From Iphione sp. A-MEVVRFRX5 (taxonomy: Eukaryota), in the NCBI GenBank assembly GCA_976226885.1, contig OZ320316.1, positions 76,632,001 through 76,696,000 of the forward strand: a DNA stretch of 64,000 nt, given 5' to 3'. Under the pieces are notes generated by a model. The model had not been told where the DNA came from, made no database searches, and was given only the letters and a program-made list of their open reading frames with translations. The position numbers and the translations under genes are program-made. Shown in pieces: positions 39,437-52,674 of this stretch (its first letter is position 1; the number at the start of each line of letters is the position of its first letter).

Positions 39437-39944
39437 CTGCAACAAGACATGTTGGAAAATAAGGTCCAGCACTGGTAAGCAAATGACCAAATACGTGTAT
39501 ACAAAAAACAAGGCGAAGCCAACTACTACTGATTAGCTTAGCCTCAGCTTAAAAACAAAAGCAAATGATCCCATATATTGCATGCTTTTCCTCAGATGGA
39601 TTTCTTATCCGATACCTACCTTATACACCGTTTGTAATATAGATGTTTTCCGTTTCCTATCTAGAGCGATAATGGTTATAATCCGAAAAGAGTACGCTTG
39701 ATGTGATACCGAGTGGGCATGTTCTCTTGTCTTCAACATGAAATTGTTTCCCCTGGTATCCAAATAATCCCTTTATACATACATGCCTGATTAAGCAGTA
39801 CATGTACTTTAAAATATTTTTACTCTTTTGCATCATATGAATACTGGATATGCCCCCTCCCCCTCCCGATTACTTAATGTCGCTAGTGTATCAAATGTGA
39901 ATATGCTCCCCTCCCCTGCCGTTGACATGGTAATGGTGACGTAC

Positions 39945-40228
39945 GGCTTGTTTTCCGAATGCTCACTCCGATGATGGTCGATGACCTCTACGACCGCGTC
40001 CTCCAGGTCAAGGTCAGAGGGCGACAGCACGTTGTGGTCGACCAGACTCAAAGACAGCCGCGACTCGGTATGTAGCTGCTCCAGGCTGATCTGGTCACGA
40101 AATGTTAACAATTCGCTGGTAATGTTAGCGGCCCGGGTTAAGTGGAAACATGCCTCAGAGCGGAGGCGGAAGTCGACGCTCGGGATGTTGAGGACAGGCA
40201 CGAACTTCCGGTGGTCACCATCACGCGT
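39945..40228 (-). CDS. PRUNE: Prune exopolyphosphatase (DHH family), internal coding exon (about human exon 3 plus start of exon 4)
   Basis: Acceptor cag|ACG at 40228 and donor CC|GTACGT at 39945; 284 nt, phase 0 to 2. Encodes FVPVLNIP...FRDQISL...LVDHNVL...VVEVIDHH, the classic prune/PPX1 DHH-domain motifs. Confidence 0.93.
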
Positions 40229-40396
40229 CTGAAAAGTGAGACAGACATATACCTGACTAATATGCCAAGCAGCGTTTGATTATTTTTACTGAGTGAAATT
40301 TTGAAAAACTGGCGCGCGAATCCCTCCCTGAGTATGCCCATCATAACGCGGATTCGTGTTCAACAATGTCCTTTCCGGAGAGATGAAAGAACGGGT

Positions 40397-40850
40397 ACAG
40401 AGGGATGCCATCTAGGGGGCATGTCTCAGATCAGGAGACATCTCGAATAAGGACAGTTTGGAAAAGAACCAAAATCTATTGCTCTATGCATCTCAGAGCT
40501 GACACCCTTCCCTTGTCCCTCACTGGCCAACTGAAGTCGTCATATAGTCCAAGGGTTCTCTTACATGGGAACCCATTCTTAATCACTAATTTTTATTTGT
40601 ACGCGTACCAATAAATACTTGGAGTGTGATAACACTGTATACAAGTACTTTGGATTGGTATCATTTATTAAGTATTTCCTATCTTGCACATCTCTATGCA
40701 AGCTTTTTCATGTTATCAATCAAGTATCAACTTCAATTAGAAGATAAGAAAGTGGCCTTAGGCCACAACATCCTGAACTGGGACACGTCTCAATAAGGGA
40801 CAATCTGGGAAAGAGCTAATGGTGTCCCAATTAGAGGCGTCCCACTCTAT
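40397..40850. mobile_element. Decayed Tc1/mariner-type MITE
   Basis: Imperfect TIRs: TA-CAGAGGGATGCCATCTA on the left and TAGAGGCGTCCCACTCTA-T on the right. Confidence 0.45.
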
Positions 40851-43819
40851 CTATATGAATAACCTACATGCATTTTCTTCACTTCTATGGTGAACGTTAA
40901 CAGGATACCTAAAGTAAGCTCTTCTGTTTCCAGTTATGATATTCCCCAGTTTGTGAATGTTTCAGTAAAATCAAAATGTTAAACAAGTTTTTATAAACAG
41001 GCAAGTATATCATGTACGTTTTACTCCCCCCACAAGAAAAACATGAAGCAAGCCAACTGACGACCATCGTTTGTTTAGCACAGAATAAGGAACATATAGC
41101 TGTTCTTATATGTTTTCTCTGCTAAAAGAGAAAAAAGAGAATAAGTTTTAATGGCATGACCTTTGGGGCGTGACGACCAGCACTCAGCCAGTTAATATAA
41201 GGGATTGAACGAGGGGAGTATCCTGTGGGTGGATAATTTCGAACTGTAAACGAAAAGTATAAACAAACAGGGAAATTTGTAGTCATGTACTGACGGAACA
41301 ATTTCGTGAGGTTCAATCTCAGCCCAGTTTTTTCACAAGGCATATCCTGTGACAGTCATATGGCTTAATGCCATGCCCTGCTTCTTGAAGCATTCACCTC
41401 GCTAAGGTCCGACAATCAGAAAACCAAACAATTCTCTACACTGGTAAAGAATATCTAAGGATATCAATAACCACTCCCACCAACCATCAATATAAGTTAC
41501 GAAGGAATGAGGTGATTAATATACTTCACTATTAAAAAAGGTGATCTGTACATAATTGTTCAAGCTATTAAACGTTAAGCATGACCCTGGTCACGGCTGT
41601 GATCACTCGCAGTCCAAAATCAAGTGTACATGTGCACTGCACGAATGACTCATTCCCTGTAGCTGCGGTTAAAACACGCAGGTAGAACCTGGGCCGAGGT
41701 GGAGGGCTACAGCCAATTCCGACTGAACTTCCTCACTAAAGCTATCGGACCCTTGCGCTGTACATGAAGTACATGTACGTAAAAAAGAACTAAGAATCTG
41801 AACGGTTCTATTTGAATGACTAAATGAGATATGAAGTCAAACCATGATAGTTATCTTCTATTACTGCATATTTTATGTACACTACAAGCCCCAAAGAAAC
41901 GCAAACTACATCCATTCCGAAGAGGCACTTTAAGAAAAAGGACACCGACTAGATGATGTCATTTTCCTTGGTATTCTACCAGATAATTACCGCCGCAAAA
42001 CGATGGTTAACAGCAGGAAAATACTTCCAGACAAGCACACGACTGTATAGCTCTATTTAGAAGTATTTCACGTTTGAAAAGCCGAGAGTCGAAACTGCAT
42101 AAGTTGAGCCTTCAAATGATACCTGGACAATAACACCTGCCTTGTTGTTCATACAAGCGTCGGTTGACACTTCCTAAGGAAGTTCGTTGGCTTACTTTAT
42201 GAACGCACACTTCCCTGACAGATTTACAAACTAACTGAGAGCATCTACCCACAAGAAAGACTTTTCTTCTTCCCACCGTTCTCCACAATAGGGATCTGTG
42301 TTGAAAATTCTTTTGTTACCCCAGTTATTCACACTAAAGATGTTACGCCTACATGGACAGATTTTCGCAGTCAGTGATACCTTTGACCACGAATGTATTT
42401 CTTGCAGTTAATTACACATATCAGAAATTTTTTTTACTAAGCACAGAGAATTATACACGTATGTGTATTTCGACTACATACTCAAGTACACGTGCTTGAG
42501 TACGGTGTAGCGACCACGAACTCACCCTCGTGCACACTTATCACTAGCTCGGCTGCAGAGCTGGGCTACACTATTAAGTCCAGCTGTCGTTTCGATATTC
42601 CACCTTTCCTTTACTAGTATAGTGCAAATTACGGCTTACAAAGACTGGGAATCACTTGGGAACACCAGTAACGTATTTCCTGCTCATAACGGTCAAAAAT
42701 CTCAGTGCCATTCCGGCTCACGAGTCCTGGTATGAACCACATTGGCTTGCCACGGACGACATTCTCTCACAAAATATGTCTATGGTAATCTGATGCTCCT
42801 TTTCTTGAGGGAACCGTGCATATTAACGTTTGTTACTGGTATATAGTGAATTATTTATGTATTGACATATATGGTATATTAGAAAGTGACGTCTGTATTA
42901 TAAGAGATCAGAGCTCTTCTTTGATTTAGGAAGTTCGTCTCTACACCAGATTGAAAACAAAGTCTAAGGAAACGAAAATGGCTTATCCTAATGCATGATA
43001 CTAATACTTTTGTCCCGGACCAGTAAAATTTCACCCTGCAAATCTGATGGCGAAATATGCAGACGTAAACTTGGGAAAAAACTGTGCATTGTTGTGTGTG
43101 GCTGATAGCTGCACAGAGAGGCTTCTGCTAAAAAATATTCTCTCCTAAGCTGCCCTTAATTGAACTGTGATGCTAGGTCATGCTGGGCAAGGCCAATTAG
43201 ACGAATGGTTTAATCAATAACATAATATTATCACAAGAAAAGCATGCCAAAGAGTATGTAACAGAGATCCATCCTTTACTAACCCGGCGAGCTGATCATC
43301 ACGAGACAATGTCTTGTTTAGTGCAAACAAAACTTGAAAATTATGAAACCCTGGGGAGGAAAGTTCAGGAAACATGAACAGTCCTGGGGAGTGGAGGCCA
43401 AGGTTAGATCTGGAAGCCTATTGTAATAAGCATGTTTAAATTCCCACTTCGTAAATCTGACTATTAGAATATCCAGCTATGTTAATCCAGTTAGTCTTCC
43501 ACTAAGGTAATCCAACTGTCAGAATTAAATCCCTGGCTTAGCTATGTTAATCCAGTTAATCCTCCCTTAATGTAGTCCAAGTGGGTATGTGTTTCTAAAG
43601 ATTACCCTGAAGAGACAAGTTTCACAATGAAATCCAAGTGCAGGCTGGTTTATTGGCCACACAAGGCCCAGATTTAGAGCAGGCACACATATCAAGTGAC
43701 CAGATCAATGTATCAAAAGATGGAATAAAACAGATACATTACTCTTGTCTGTGTCTTCATCCAATCAGATTCTCTGCAGCAGTTACAAAGTAGCTAGTGC
43801 CTGGGACACTGAGTACGTT

Positions 43820-43960
43820 ACTTGGATCCTCTGCACAAAATGGTTGGGCCCTTTACTAACTGCTTGGGCCCTCTTACTAATTGCTTGGGCGCCCTGCCCA
43901 AGTGACTGGGCACTCTTGTTAACTGGTTGGGCCCCTTACAATATTGGTTGGGCTCCTGTT
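43820..43960. repeat. Minisatellite, about 20-21 bp unit (TGSTTGGGCCCY...) x about 6
   Basis: Visible tandem copies of TGGTTGGGCCC / TGCTTGGGC. Confidence 0.7.
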
Positions 43961-44577
43961 CCTGACAGGTCACAGAGTGTAGTCTACAACTCTGAAGAGT
44001 GGGGCAGCACCACCTGTACAATCTCAAGTGGATCATATCTCAGCACAAACAAAAGAGTGTTTTTATCAGTCACACTGCACATACACCTGCTCGAAAACTA
44101 TTACAAGCAGCTTTTTGATTTCTTCGTACATCCCTAGTCGTCTTCAGAACAGGACTGTTGGTGTGACATATTCTCTGTGAATAAATCATCATACACTCAC
44201 GGATAGCAGCCCAACAAAAACTGACTGGAGACATATATTGACGTAGTCTTTTTACAATGTGTTATCAGTATTCCCATTACAGATTTGGATACAATAACGT
44301 CTAAGTTGGGTCCAGTGTTTCCATGAAACCAACAGTGTACTTTTTTCAGATATGTGTAGAACTCACTAATAAAAATTACTAATATAATGAAACTTTGGGC
44401 AAAACTGTACGAACTATACATAAAGGCACATTTGAATTACTGGGGATTATGCGGGTGATTCAAAAGTAATTGTATTGTCGGTCGAGATATATAACATTAC
44501 TGAAGAGTGTAAGTCTTACTTTCACAAAAAGAGCATCAAACATAAATTCTTGCGTGGCATCAGATGTCAGTCCAATA

Positions 44578-45215
44578 CAGTACACTCTCTCCATTCCGGA
44601 CACCCTCTGTTCTGCTTCAAATCATCCACATTGGAGACGCGTCCGCATTGGAGATCGGACCCAGGGGGTCAAGCCTGGAAATATCCCCTTCTACCTCTCT
44701 CTCTATACATTAATAGAAGTGCTGAATTTGATGACTTTAAGTCCCAAAAGTACTGAATTTGATGCTTGAGAGTCCCAAAAGTGCTGAATTTGATGACTAA
44801 AAGTCCAAAAAGTACTGAATTTGATGACTTAGAGTCCTAAAAGTGCTGACTTTGATGACTATATCTACCTTTGAAAAATGACTTCTGGAGCCTCCCTGGA
44901 GCCCCAAATTGGTGCGACAGCACCTCGTCTATAGGGGTTATTCATATCTACCTTTGAAAAATGACTTCTGGAGCCTCAAATTTGCATGACAACACCTCGT
45001 CCACAGGGGTTGTTCGTATCTACCTTTGAAAAATGACTTCTGGAGCCTCTCTGGGGCCCCAAATTTGCGAGACAACACGTTGTCCACAGTCTAAACCCGC
45101 CTATTAGTGGTCTAAACCTGTGAATTCACAGTCTAAATGTGCCGATTTTACAGTCTAAACCTGTCCGCAGGCAGACGCTCTGCTAAAATGGGTGTCCTGA
45201 TTAGAGACGTACTCT
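44578..45215. mobile_element. Tc1/mariner-type MITE with internal tandem repeats
   Basis: Imperfect TIRs: TA-CAGTACACTCTCTCCATTCCGGACACCC and GGGTGTCCTGATTAGAGACGTACTCT-TA. Contains about 5 copies of a 31-bp unit (GTGCTGAATTTGATGACT..AGTCCCAAAA, 44719-44860) and 3 copies of TATCTACCTTTGAAAAATGACTTCTGGAGCCT. Confidence 0.55.
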
Positions 45216-45337
45216 TATAATGCTTATCTATAGGAAACATTTCGGTTCTTTTTCAAATCATCCACACTGGAGACGCATCCGCTTCCGAGACGTGTCCGCA
45301 GGCAGGCAGTGTACTGTATATATTATTGTTAGATTTA

Positions 45338-45915
45338 GGGCCAGTTTCCTTGTGCATGGAGATTTTTCCTGGACTGCCGACAGTCCAGAAAAACCAGCTG
45401 TTTTCCAGACAAGCCCGGAGACCCGGTTTCCCTTGTGTCCAGAGATTTTTCCCAGACCACGCATGTATGTATGTATGGATGTATGTATGTATGGAGGTTG
45501 AGGCATATCAGTCGAATTTGTGTATTTTTTCATGGAGGTTGAGGCATATCTGATGCATATCAGTCAAAATTGTGCATTTTTTCATGGAGGTTGAGGCATA
45601 TCAGTCAAAATTGTGTTGTTTTTTTTATGCAGATGATATGCAAATTACATAATAATTCACAACATCTATGATGTGATAGACAGTGTCTTATCAGGCTGAA
45701 AACTTCTATATCTCTACCTAACTGTGTCCGTGGTCTGGAAAAACAGTAAATTTACGGAGAATGCTTGTTTTCGGGCCCCGTGTTATTCCCCTGGTGCTGC
45801 AGGAAATATCTCCAGACACATGGATCTCCCTCTGTTAAAATTAGTGAGTTCGTTTTTTCCCGGAGCACAGACTGCATGGTCCGGGAAAATTTTCCAGACA
45901 CAAGGAAACCAGGCC
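45338..45915. mobile_element. PIF/Harbinger-type MITE
   Basis: TIRs of about 35 bp, GGGCCAGTTTCCTTGTG... / ...CACAAGGAAACCAGGCC (27/35), flanked by TTA and TAA. Has an inner duplicated TIR-like pair, (TGTA)n and 3 copies of TGGAGGTTGAGGCATATC. Confidence 0.7.
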
Positions 45916-46169
45916 TAAGACTCCTTTTCAGTTAAGTCTGACATTTGGAGGTATACATATGGTGAAAAAAAACTTCTTTTCTCACTTTTTAATACTGACT
46001 TTCCGAAAGAAGAAGTGTAGTAGAATATGATTTCAAAAAAATTAGGACTCAGACTAAAGAATATTTTTCTTACTGTATTTCTCATATGTTAAGTGAAGCT
46101 CATGACGTAAATGACACAACATCTGCAATTAGGGGTAGTCCATACATTGAGGCTCTTACCTGTGATGGC

Positions 46170-47520
46170 TGATTTGTGTTCTTGTTTCAATTCTGGATGG
46201 TAGTCCACTTTAAATAGCTCTTACTAGAAAATTCGATAGATTCTGCACCCTTCTTAGGCCTGTCTTTGTCATATAATGTTTTTGTTTTTTGAGCAGTTGC
46301 CAGTATGTCACAATTGGATCTGGCTATAAGTTTTGGGGCATTGTCGCTATGGTTATATGTGCTGACTAGTATACTAGTATAATCTATATGATTGATTATC
46401 GATTACCGACCACATCGATTTACAAGCAATATTACCATACGACCCCTCATCAAAGGGTCGTCTTTGATATATTTTACATGCGATATTCGCACTAATCTAG
46501 CTGAGTTTTCCTAATTTTCCTAACACTACTCTCTAACAAAGCGTTTGGAGGGTTATTCTTTTTCTCAGGTATTTGCAAAGGTGTGAGAGCGACCACTACC
46601 ACCTAACAAAGCGTTTGGAGGGTCATTCATTGTCTCCAAGGTGTTAGCATGACCCAAATTCACCACTTTTAGCACTTTTACCTCTAAAATTTATATGCTT
46701 CAATAAATGAACACTTTTGTCTGAATTATTTTGGTGATTTCGTTTTTACGTTTTTAATTTTTTTTATTTATTGAGCTTTGATTGACTATTGAACACTAAA
46801 CAAAGTGATTTTTACATGCCCACCCCCTACTCATTGATTTCCGACCAAACTTGCTATTACGACCATTTGGGGTCGGCCCCGACCACTGGTCGGAAATCAA
46901 GACTCCACTGTAATTGTTTTTTTCTCATTATCTTTTTTTTCTCCGAACCTTATTTTCTGGAAGTTTGGATGCCTTTAATGTGGCCTCAGGCACTTCTGGA
47001 TACCTCTATACTAGAAGTGCTTAGCTAGAATGGTAGCTTCTTTGACATCTTTTTTGGCAAATTCTTCTGTCTTAAGAACTGGCCATAGGGGATGCCCCTC
47101 TTGCAATGATAGAGCTGTGCTGAACTGTAAGAGTTCTTTTTTGCATCTGTAGGTTTGACATATAGAGACATATAAAGTTAGCTATCCTTGTTTTTCATCA
47201 CTTTTATATCCAGAAAGATACAGTTTTCCTTGGAAATCTCTGTAGTAAATTTATTTTACTGTGTGCCGCATTTAGGTGTTGTATTCATGAACTTATTTAG
47301 TTCAATGTCTCCATGCTGCCATAAGACAAAAATGTCGTCTATAAACCTGACCCAAACCAAGGGTTGTTTAGGGTAGGTGTAGACATGCATTCCCTCGAGG
47401 GTGGCTGGTGATAAAAATATTTCTCAGAGTCGAGACAACCCTGGTATCCAGTCACAGCCATGGATATTGAGATTGAAAGTTGTTGTATTCCAGAACCATT
47501 TTTAACAACAAAAAACTCTT
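46170..47520 (-). mobile_element. Penelope-like element reverse transcriptase relic, interrupted by a MITE
   Basis: With frameshifts and stops: LKMVLEYNNF, PLVWVRFIDDIFVLW, HLNAAHSKIKFTTE, IFLDI, LYVKPTD, KRGIPYGQFLR; after the MITE, LVSTYNH and RRVQNLSNFLVRA. This is the typical PLE RT/thumb succession. Confidence 0.85.
46375..46910. mobile_element. Second, decayed copy of the 6266-6979 MITE, inserted in the Penelope relic
   Basis: Right TIR AAGACTCCACTG-TA. Internal match to 6600-6750 (...CCAAGGTGTTAGCATGACCCAAATTCACCACTTTTAGCACTTTTACCTC). Left TIR degraded. Confidence 0.8.
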
Positions 47521-50125
47521 TGTGACTCTAGTCTAGATGGGCCTGAGGCATTTGATCCGGAGGTTTCTGGGCGCCTCCAGTTCAGACCGTTCTAGAGGTC
47601 CAGTGTACCTCCCATCCGTACGCTTCTGAAAGTTCACCTACTGTGTGCAGGGAGGGTAGTTAAGAAAGCTGGGATATATAATGAGAAGCATTCGCTTGGC
47701 TCTGTTATGCTCGTCTTGAACATTCTTGTAATGAAGATCTAAGCTGACATCTCAAGATCTCAAGTAAAACAAGAAAGTGAACCTGCGAGGTCTAGTGTCC
47801 CCTGCCGTAAAGTGTCCATTTCATGCTTGACTGACAGCAGACCTTCAAGTAGCAATCAAACAGACTAATTGAACACTCTGTCATCCACTCTCTTACAAGT
47901 CAATGCATTGAATGAATCTGATTGTGTACGGATTCAGGCAATGAACAGTCTTCAACACCGTGTAACACATTCTCAAATGTCCTACATATTACAGATTTAG
48001 TTAGCTTCATTTATGTTCTGTATTGGCATAGCATGGCTCAAGACCTAGCAATAAAATTTAATTCTGTGACATGAATCACAAACATGCTTTGTGGAAAACG
48101 ACAATTTCTGGTTCACTCTAACTTACTGAAAAAGGTCACATGTTCAACCAGCTCAATCAGCTGCATCTTGAGAGTGAAGAGTAAAATAAGCGTAACTCAA
48201 CCGGCCAAGTTCACGAATAAATCACTAAATCAAAGGTAGTGCAGATGATTTGGCAGTTTTCTATATAAAATTGACATTGATGGGACCAACCACTTCAGAC
48301 ATCCTCAGGGACACTTTCTGCCGTTGGTAACCACTATCTGCCTCTTTCAGTACCCAAGTGTTGCTAGACTATACATGATAAGGTTATCGTCGAGGTCAAA
48401 CCTGGTTGAGATAATTTTTTTACGCGAGGAATGGAAGCCCTGTAAGCGAGGAGAGCTCATAATTTAACAAACAAAGGGTACTCTGACAGTGACGACAGCT
48501 ATTCCTGTGGCACTATAGACAAATTCATACTGTATGATTACTTTTGTATTCACTGCTGCTCTTGCTTGTAATGAATAGCGTTCCACATTTCTCTTAACCT
48601 ATGTCTCATGATTTGTGAAATTTACGGACAGGGTCTGAGTCAATTTTCTAGAGATAGTTTTACCCCCACGATCTTTGCTGACTCTGGAAGAGAAATGGGG
48701 GGGGGGCAAAAAGAAAAGGAGAGGATGAAATGATAACAAGAAAAGATAAAGAAAGAAAAAGGAAGAGGGTATGTAGTGAGAGAGATATAGAAAGAGACTA
48801 CATGTAGTTGTAAAACTGTCCTTCTTCAGTACCAGTTCAGTCATACACAAGACCTCCATGATAAAGCGACCTCCTCCTCTGAACATCAGGATTTTGACAA
48901 TATTAAGTAGCCCACATTGGGAAAAGATTGACCAATGATAACAGGGTGAGTACTAATTTCGAAACAATTCATAGTAACTAAACTGTTGTGTAGCCAATTT
49001 AGTTGGGTTGGGATAGTTATTTTCCGTACTACATGTACAGGGGCCCTGTGATCTCTTACTATTTAAATACTCCTCCCATGCAACTTGACCACTATTTCTT
49101 TGGGATGACATGGTAAACCAAAAAGAACCGTTGCGGCAGGTCAGGAAGTTTGGTCACTGTTATAAAATGCATTCAGGGCTGAGGATCAATGCATTTCAGC
49201 AGTGGTGACCCCCCAAAATCCAGTGATCTGCAATGTCAGCCTTAGTTGATAAAAATATCGCACAGACAAACAACTATGGCCAGTAGCTAAACTACATGTA
49301 TTTCATACTAAATGTAGTCCCTAAGTCCTCTGCTGTTTTGGCACGTGTAGGAGAAAGAATATCTCTACCATAGATTTAATATTACCTGATCTGTGTTAAT
49401 CTATGCGAAACAAGGAGCACTCTGGCAGCATCCATACGGACCCGTCTCAAGTATACAGAATAGGCCCGCGGAACCCTTCAGATTAGAACCAGTTTATCTT
49501 TGTATCTGCTCTAGTATTGCTTTTTTTCGACGGAAATCATCCTACATTCAGCAGAGATACGTCCCTTTTCCTCCTGTCTGGTTTTCTTTTCTTCTCTTTT
49601 TATGTATCCAGTCGCCATGTTACGCAGAGGGCAGGTCACCTGGAGGTATCCAATCATAGGAACTCACCAAAACAGCCCAGTCGTGACATAGTTCAAGGGC
49701 ACTCCGACGACCAGGTGATGTACTGGTTGTCATGACAACCGCTTACCACCACCTGCGGCAGGTATCAATCACTTCACTGTGTGGCCTGGGATACGCGTGA
49801 GAACTAGACTCCAGGTAGACGCACCCTACACCCTTCTCTCACCGCCATTACAGGCTCTAGAAATCGTATCTCTAGAATAGTGTTCGTCTATGGTTGGGCT
49901 CGGCGCAGGAACTTTACACGCCTGATCCAGGAGGCCATTACACCGTGGATAGCTTGGTTCTAGAGGAGCATTTCATGCAAGGAAAATCACAGAACTGACG
50001 ATGAAGTAAACTATTGATTTTATGACTTAATAATAGTTGATAAGTGTCCAGCTGATGACTGCCTCATAAAGGTCTTGGCTAAAAGCTGTCACACACTGCA
50101 CACATACAACTATCAATACACACGC

Positions 50126-50156
<31 letters not shown>

Positions 50157-50824
50157 AAATGGGAAGACGTGGCTAGAACATTCCTCCTATGAGTGCTACC
50201 AGTTCCTGTCACATTGACTGAGTTTTTTTTTTATTAAATGATGATGAAGCAGATTACTTTTACGTGGCATTAATGTAGCAACCAAAGTCCAGTGTGAGCC
50301 TAGAATGGCAACCTGGACGCGCACCTAATGAACACCCCGCAACAGAGCACCTGGAGCACGATAAGCTGTCCAGAGATTCTCCAAGATCTGAGTCAACACA
50401 GTCCTGACTATCATGTGATGACAGCATGTTTACCTATCATAACGACCCAGTTATCTGCGCTAATGCTTCAGTGATAAAGACGTGCAGTGAATCTACAATA
50501 CAACACAATCCCAGCCCGGATAACCGACTTGTGCAAAGAAATACAATGTTGTCGTGTCCCACGGCTAGATAGCTGAGCAGACCACAGGTGCTCTTTTGTG
50601 TTTCAGACTGCGGCCTTTCAACCCGAGACTGATTAGTTCATCTATGCTGACAGAATATAGTTAAGGACTGGATCAATGACGATATGCAGAAAGACATCCA
50701 AGCTGCATGAATCGACAGTATCTGATGTGATGTAACAGACCATTCATTACATGAACAGATTGCACCACAAATGACAGCATTCCTTATGTCAACTCTTTGA
50801 CAGTTACTATTTACTGATGTATTA

Positions 50825-51432
50825 GCCCCGGTTTCCTTACCTGCGGTGCTGTCCGTGTACGTTGCTGTCCGGTGAATTACATAATTATTGGCATATAAGC
50901 TAACAGTGAAGGGTGTTCCTTACCTGCGGTGCTGTCCGTGTGCGTTACTGTGCGTTCCCGTGCGTTGCCCGTTTTCGGTCCCTTCCCATAAAATTTCCCT
51001 CACCCGGACAGCAACGCACAGCAACGCACTGTTATTTCCTTTTTTTTGGCCACTTTTGGTCATTTTGGATGTGGATACCGCACATTTCCGCACAATGTCA
51101 TTTTTTTCTCGAATTTTTCTGCACATTTTTGCCGTTTTTTGGCCGAATTTGCATGAAATAAGCCGGTTTTCGGCCGATTTTCATGAAATTTGCCATTTTT
51201 TGGCCGAATTTGCATGAAATAAGTGTTTTTCGGGACAGTTTGCATGGAATTTGCCGGTTTTCGGCGTTTTTTGCCGTTTTTCGTATATTTTCCCATCATT
51301 TCCCGCACTCTCCCGCATACTTTCTCCCGCAGGTATGGAACACCCCTCTGCGGGAGGGTGCGGGAAAAAAATAAACGCACCTCGCCGCACCCGCGTTGTC
51401 ACACACATCACCGCAGGTATGGAAACCGGGCC
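50825..51432. mobile_element. PIF/Harbinger-type MITE with nested double TIRs
   Basis: 23-bp TIRs GCCCCGGTTTCCTTACCTGCGGT / ACCGCAGGTATGGAAACCGGGCC (21/23) with a TTA target duplication on both sides. Inner pair GGGTGTTCCTTACCTGCGG / CCGCAGGTATGGAACACCC; central degenerate tandem repeats of about 30 bp. Confidence 0.9.
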
Positions 51433-51729
51433 TTATACAATAAATTGACTGTCTATGGCAGTTAACTGTATCATACGAATTAATAAGCGTGTATAACATT
51501 GCTTCTTGTTACCGATAATGGTTGCAGGTCAAAGGATTTGGTAAAAATATCCCAAATACATCGCGGTGCTAAAATTCATAGATGTTTAGTTGCAAAGGCA
51601 AACCTGAGAAAAAAATTCTTTTAACGTTAGTGGACTTGGTAATATGTTAATTTATCTAATTAATTCACAACTTCTATTTGATCACAGTTTAAATTTAACA
51701 TAGTGAAGCTTCGATTTTATGTCGACCTC

Positions 51730-52011
51730 TCAGCTGTTACAGTTGGTAAGCCTTGTAAAATTATGTCCATGATAGGTGATCCGACATTGATAAATGACTT
51801 TCGCGTGTGGTTCACTTTTTCCTGGTTTTTGGTGTGTCTCTTTGCAAATGCAACAGTCTTTACCTCTTGAAATGAAACCTAGCGTATAATCTGAAGAAAA
51901 TGGTTTTGAAAAATGAGTACCATTCACTGCGGTATCCTGAAGGCAGGACAAATCTTGACTGATAAAAGTGACATTGTTTCGGTGAGGGCGGCCGAGTGGT
52001 TTACGCTGCAA
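51730..52011 (-). mobile_element. Relic of a piggyBac transposase C-terminus (cysteine-rich domain)
   Basis: GRP...NGTHF...KDCCICK...VIYQC...YH resembles the GxHF / CxxC...YxC...YH end of piggyBac (PGBD4-like) transposases. Degenerate. Confidence 0.45.
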
Positions 52012-52598
52012 TATTTAGGACAATAAGACAATAAACACCTCCCCGTGCTTTGAAAAGATCACTGAAGTATGGAAACGTGCAATGGTTTCACTGGCGCCAG
52101 CAATAAAATAAGTACATGTTATTGTATCAACTGTCCCCTGTTAAACGGTATTTTATTCTGATCTTGTGTTGGATCTTGGCGTCACGCAGTATCGCACTGG
52201 TCTAATCAACGTCAGCTGTCAATTAAAGTATGTATGACAGCTGCCATACATCTACAGTAGCATCATTCGGTCGTCTATAGCCACATCTCAACCAATCAAT
52301 TACACTTTGCTTTTATGATTGATAACATTGCTGTTTTTTAAAACATTAACTAGCTGTGAGTGGTGCAGCTGACAATTGGATGGCAGACGTCTCTATCAAG
52401 ACAGGACAAACATGGACAAAAACATAAGCAGTCAGACACCAAAACCATTACATAGGGCAACTGGCCATTGAGCTAATGAGAAAAAAATTGAAGAAGCGAA
52501 GGACACACTTAGAGACATGTGGGAATCCTCAGTAATGATGTCGTCACAAGAACAAGCCTGTGTGAAGTCAAACAAACCTGATGAAAGCAATGTACCCC

Positions 52599-52603
52599 CT
52601 CTC

Positions 52604-52671
<68 letters not shown>
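52599..52671. repeat. (CTGT)n(CT)n microsatellite
   Basis: Direct inspection. Confidence 0.95.

Positions 52672-52674
<3 letters not shown>

Noticed and set aside
41161-41243. Exon-like segment with a strong acceptor, considered as prune exon 2
   Set aside because: No frame encodes the GNExxDLDS motif; two of the three frames contain stops.
44719-45080. CRISPR-like array of about 31-bp repeats
   Set aside because: The units are tandem without unique spacers, in a eukaryotic context inside a MITE, with no cas genes.
50888-51499. Cluster of overlapping ORFs on both strands
   Set aside because: Produced by stop-poor tandem repeats inside the Harbinger MITE.
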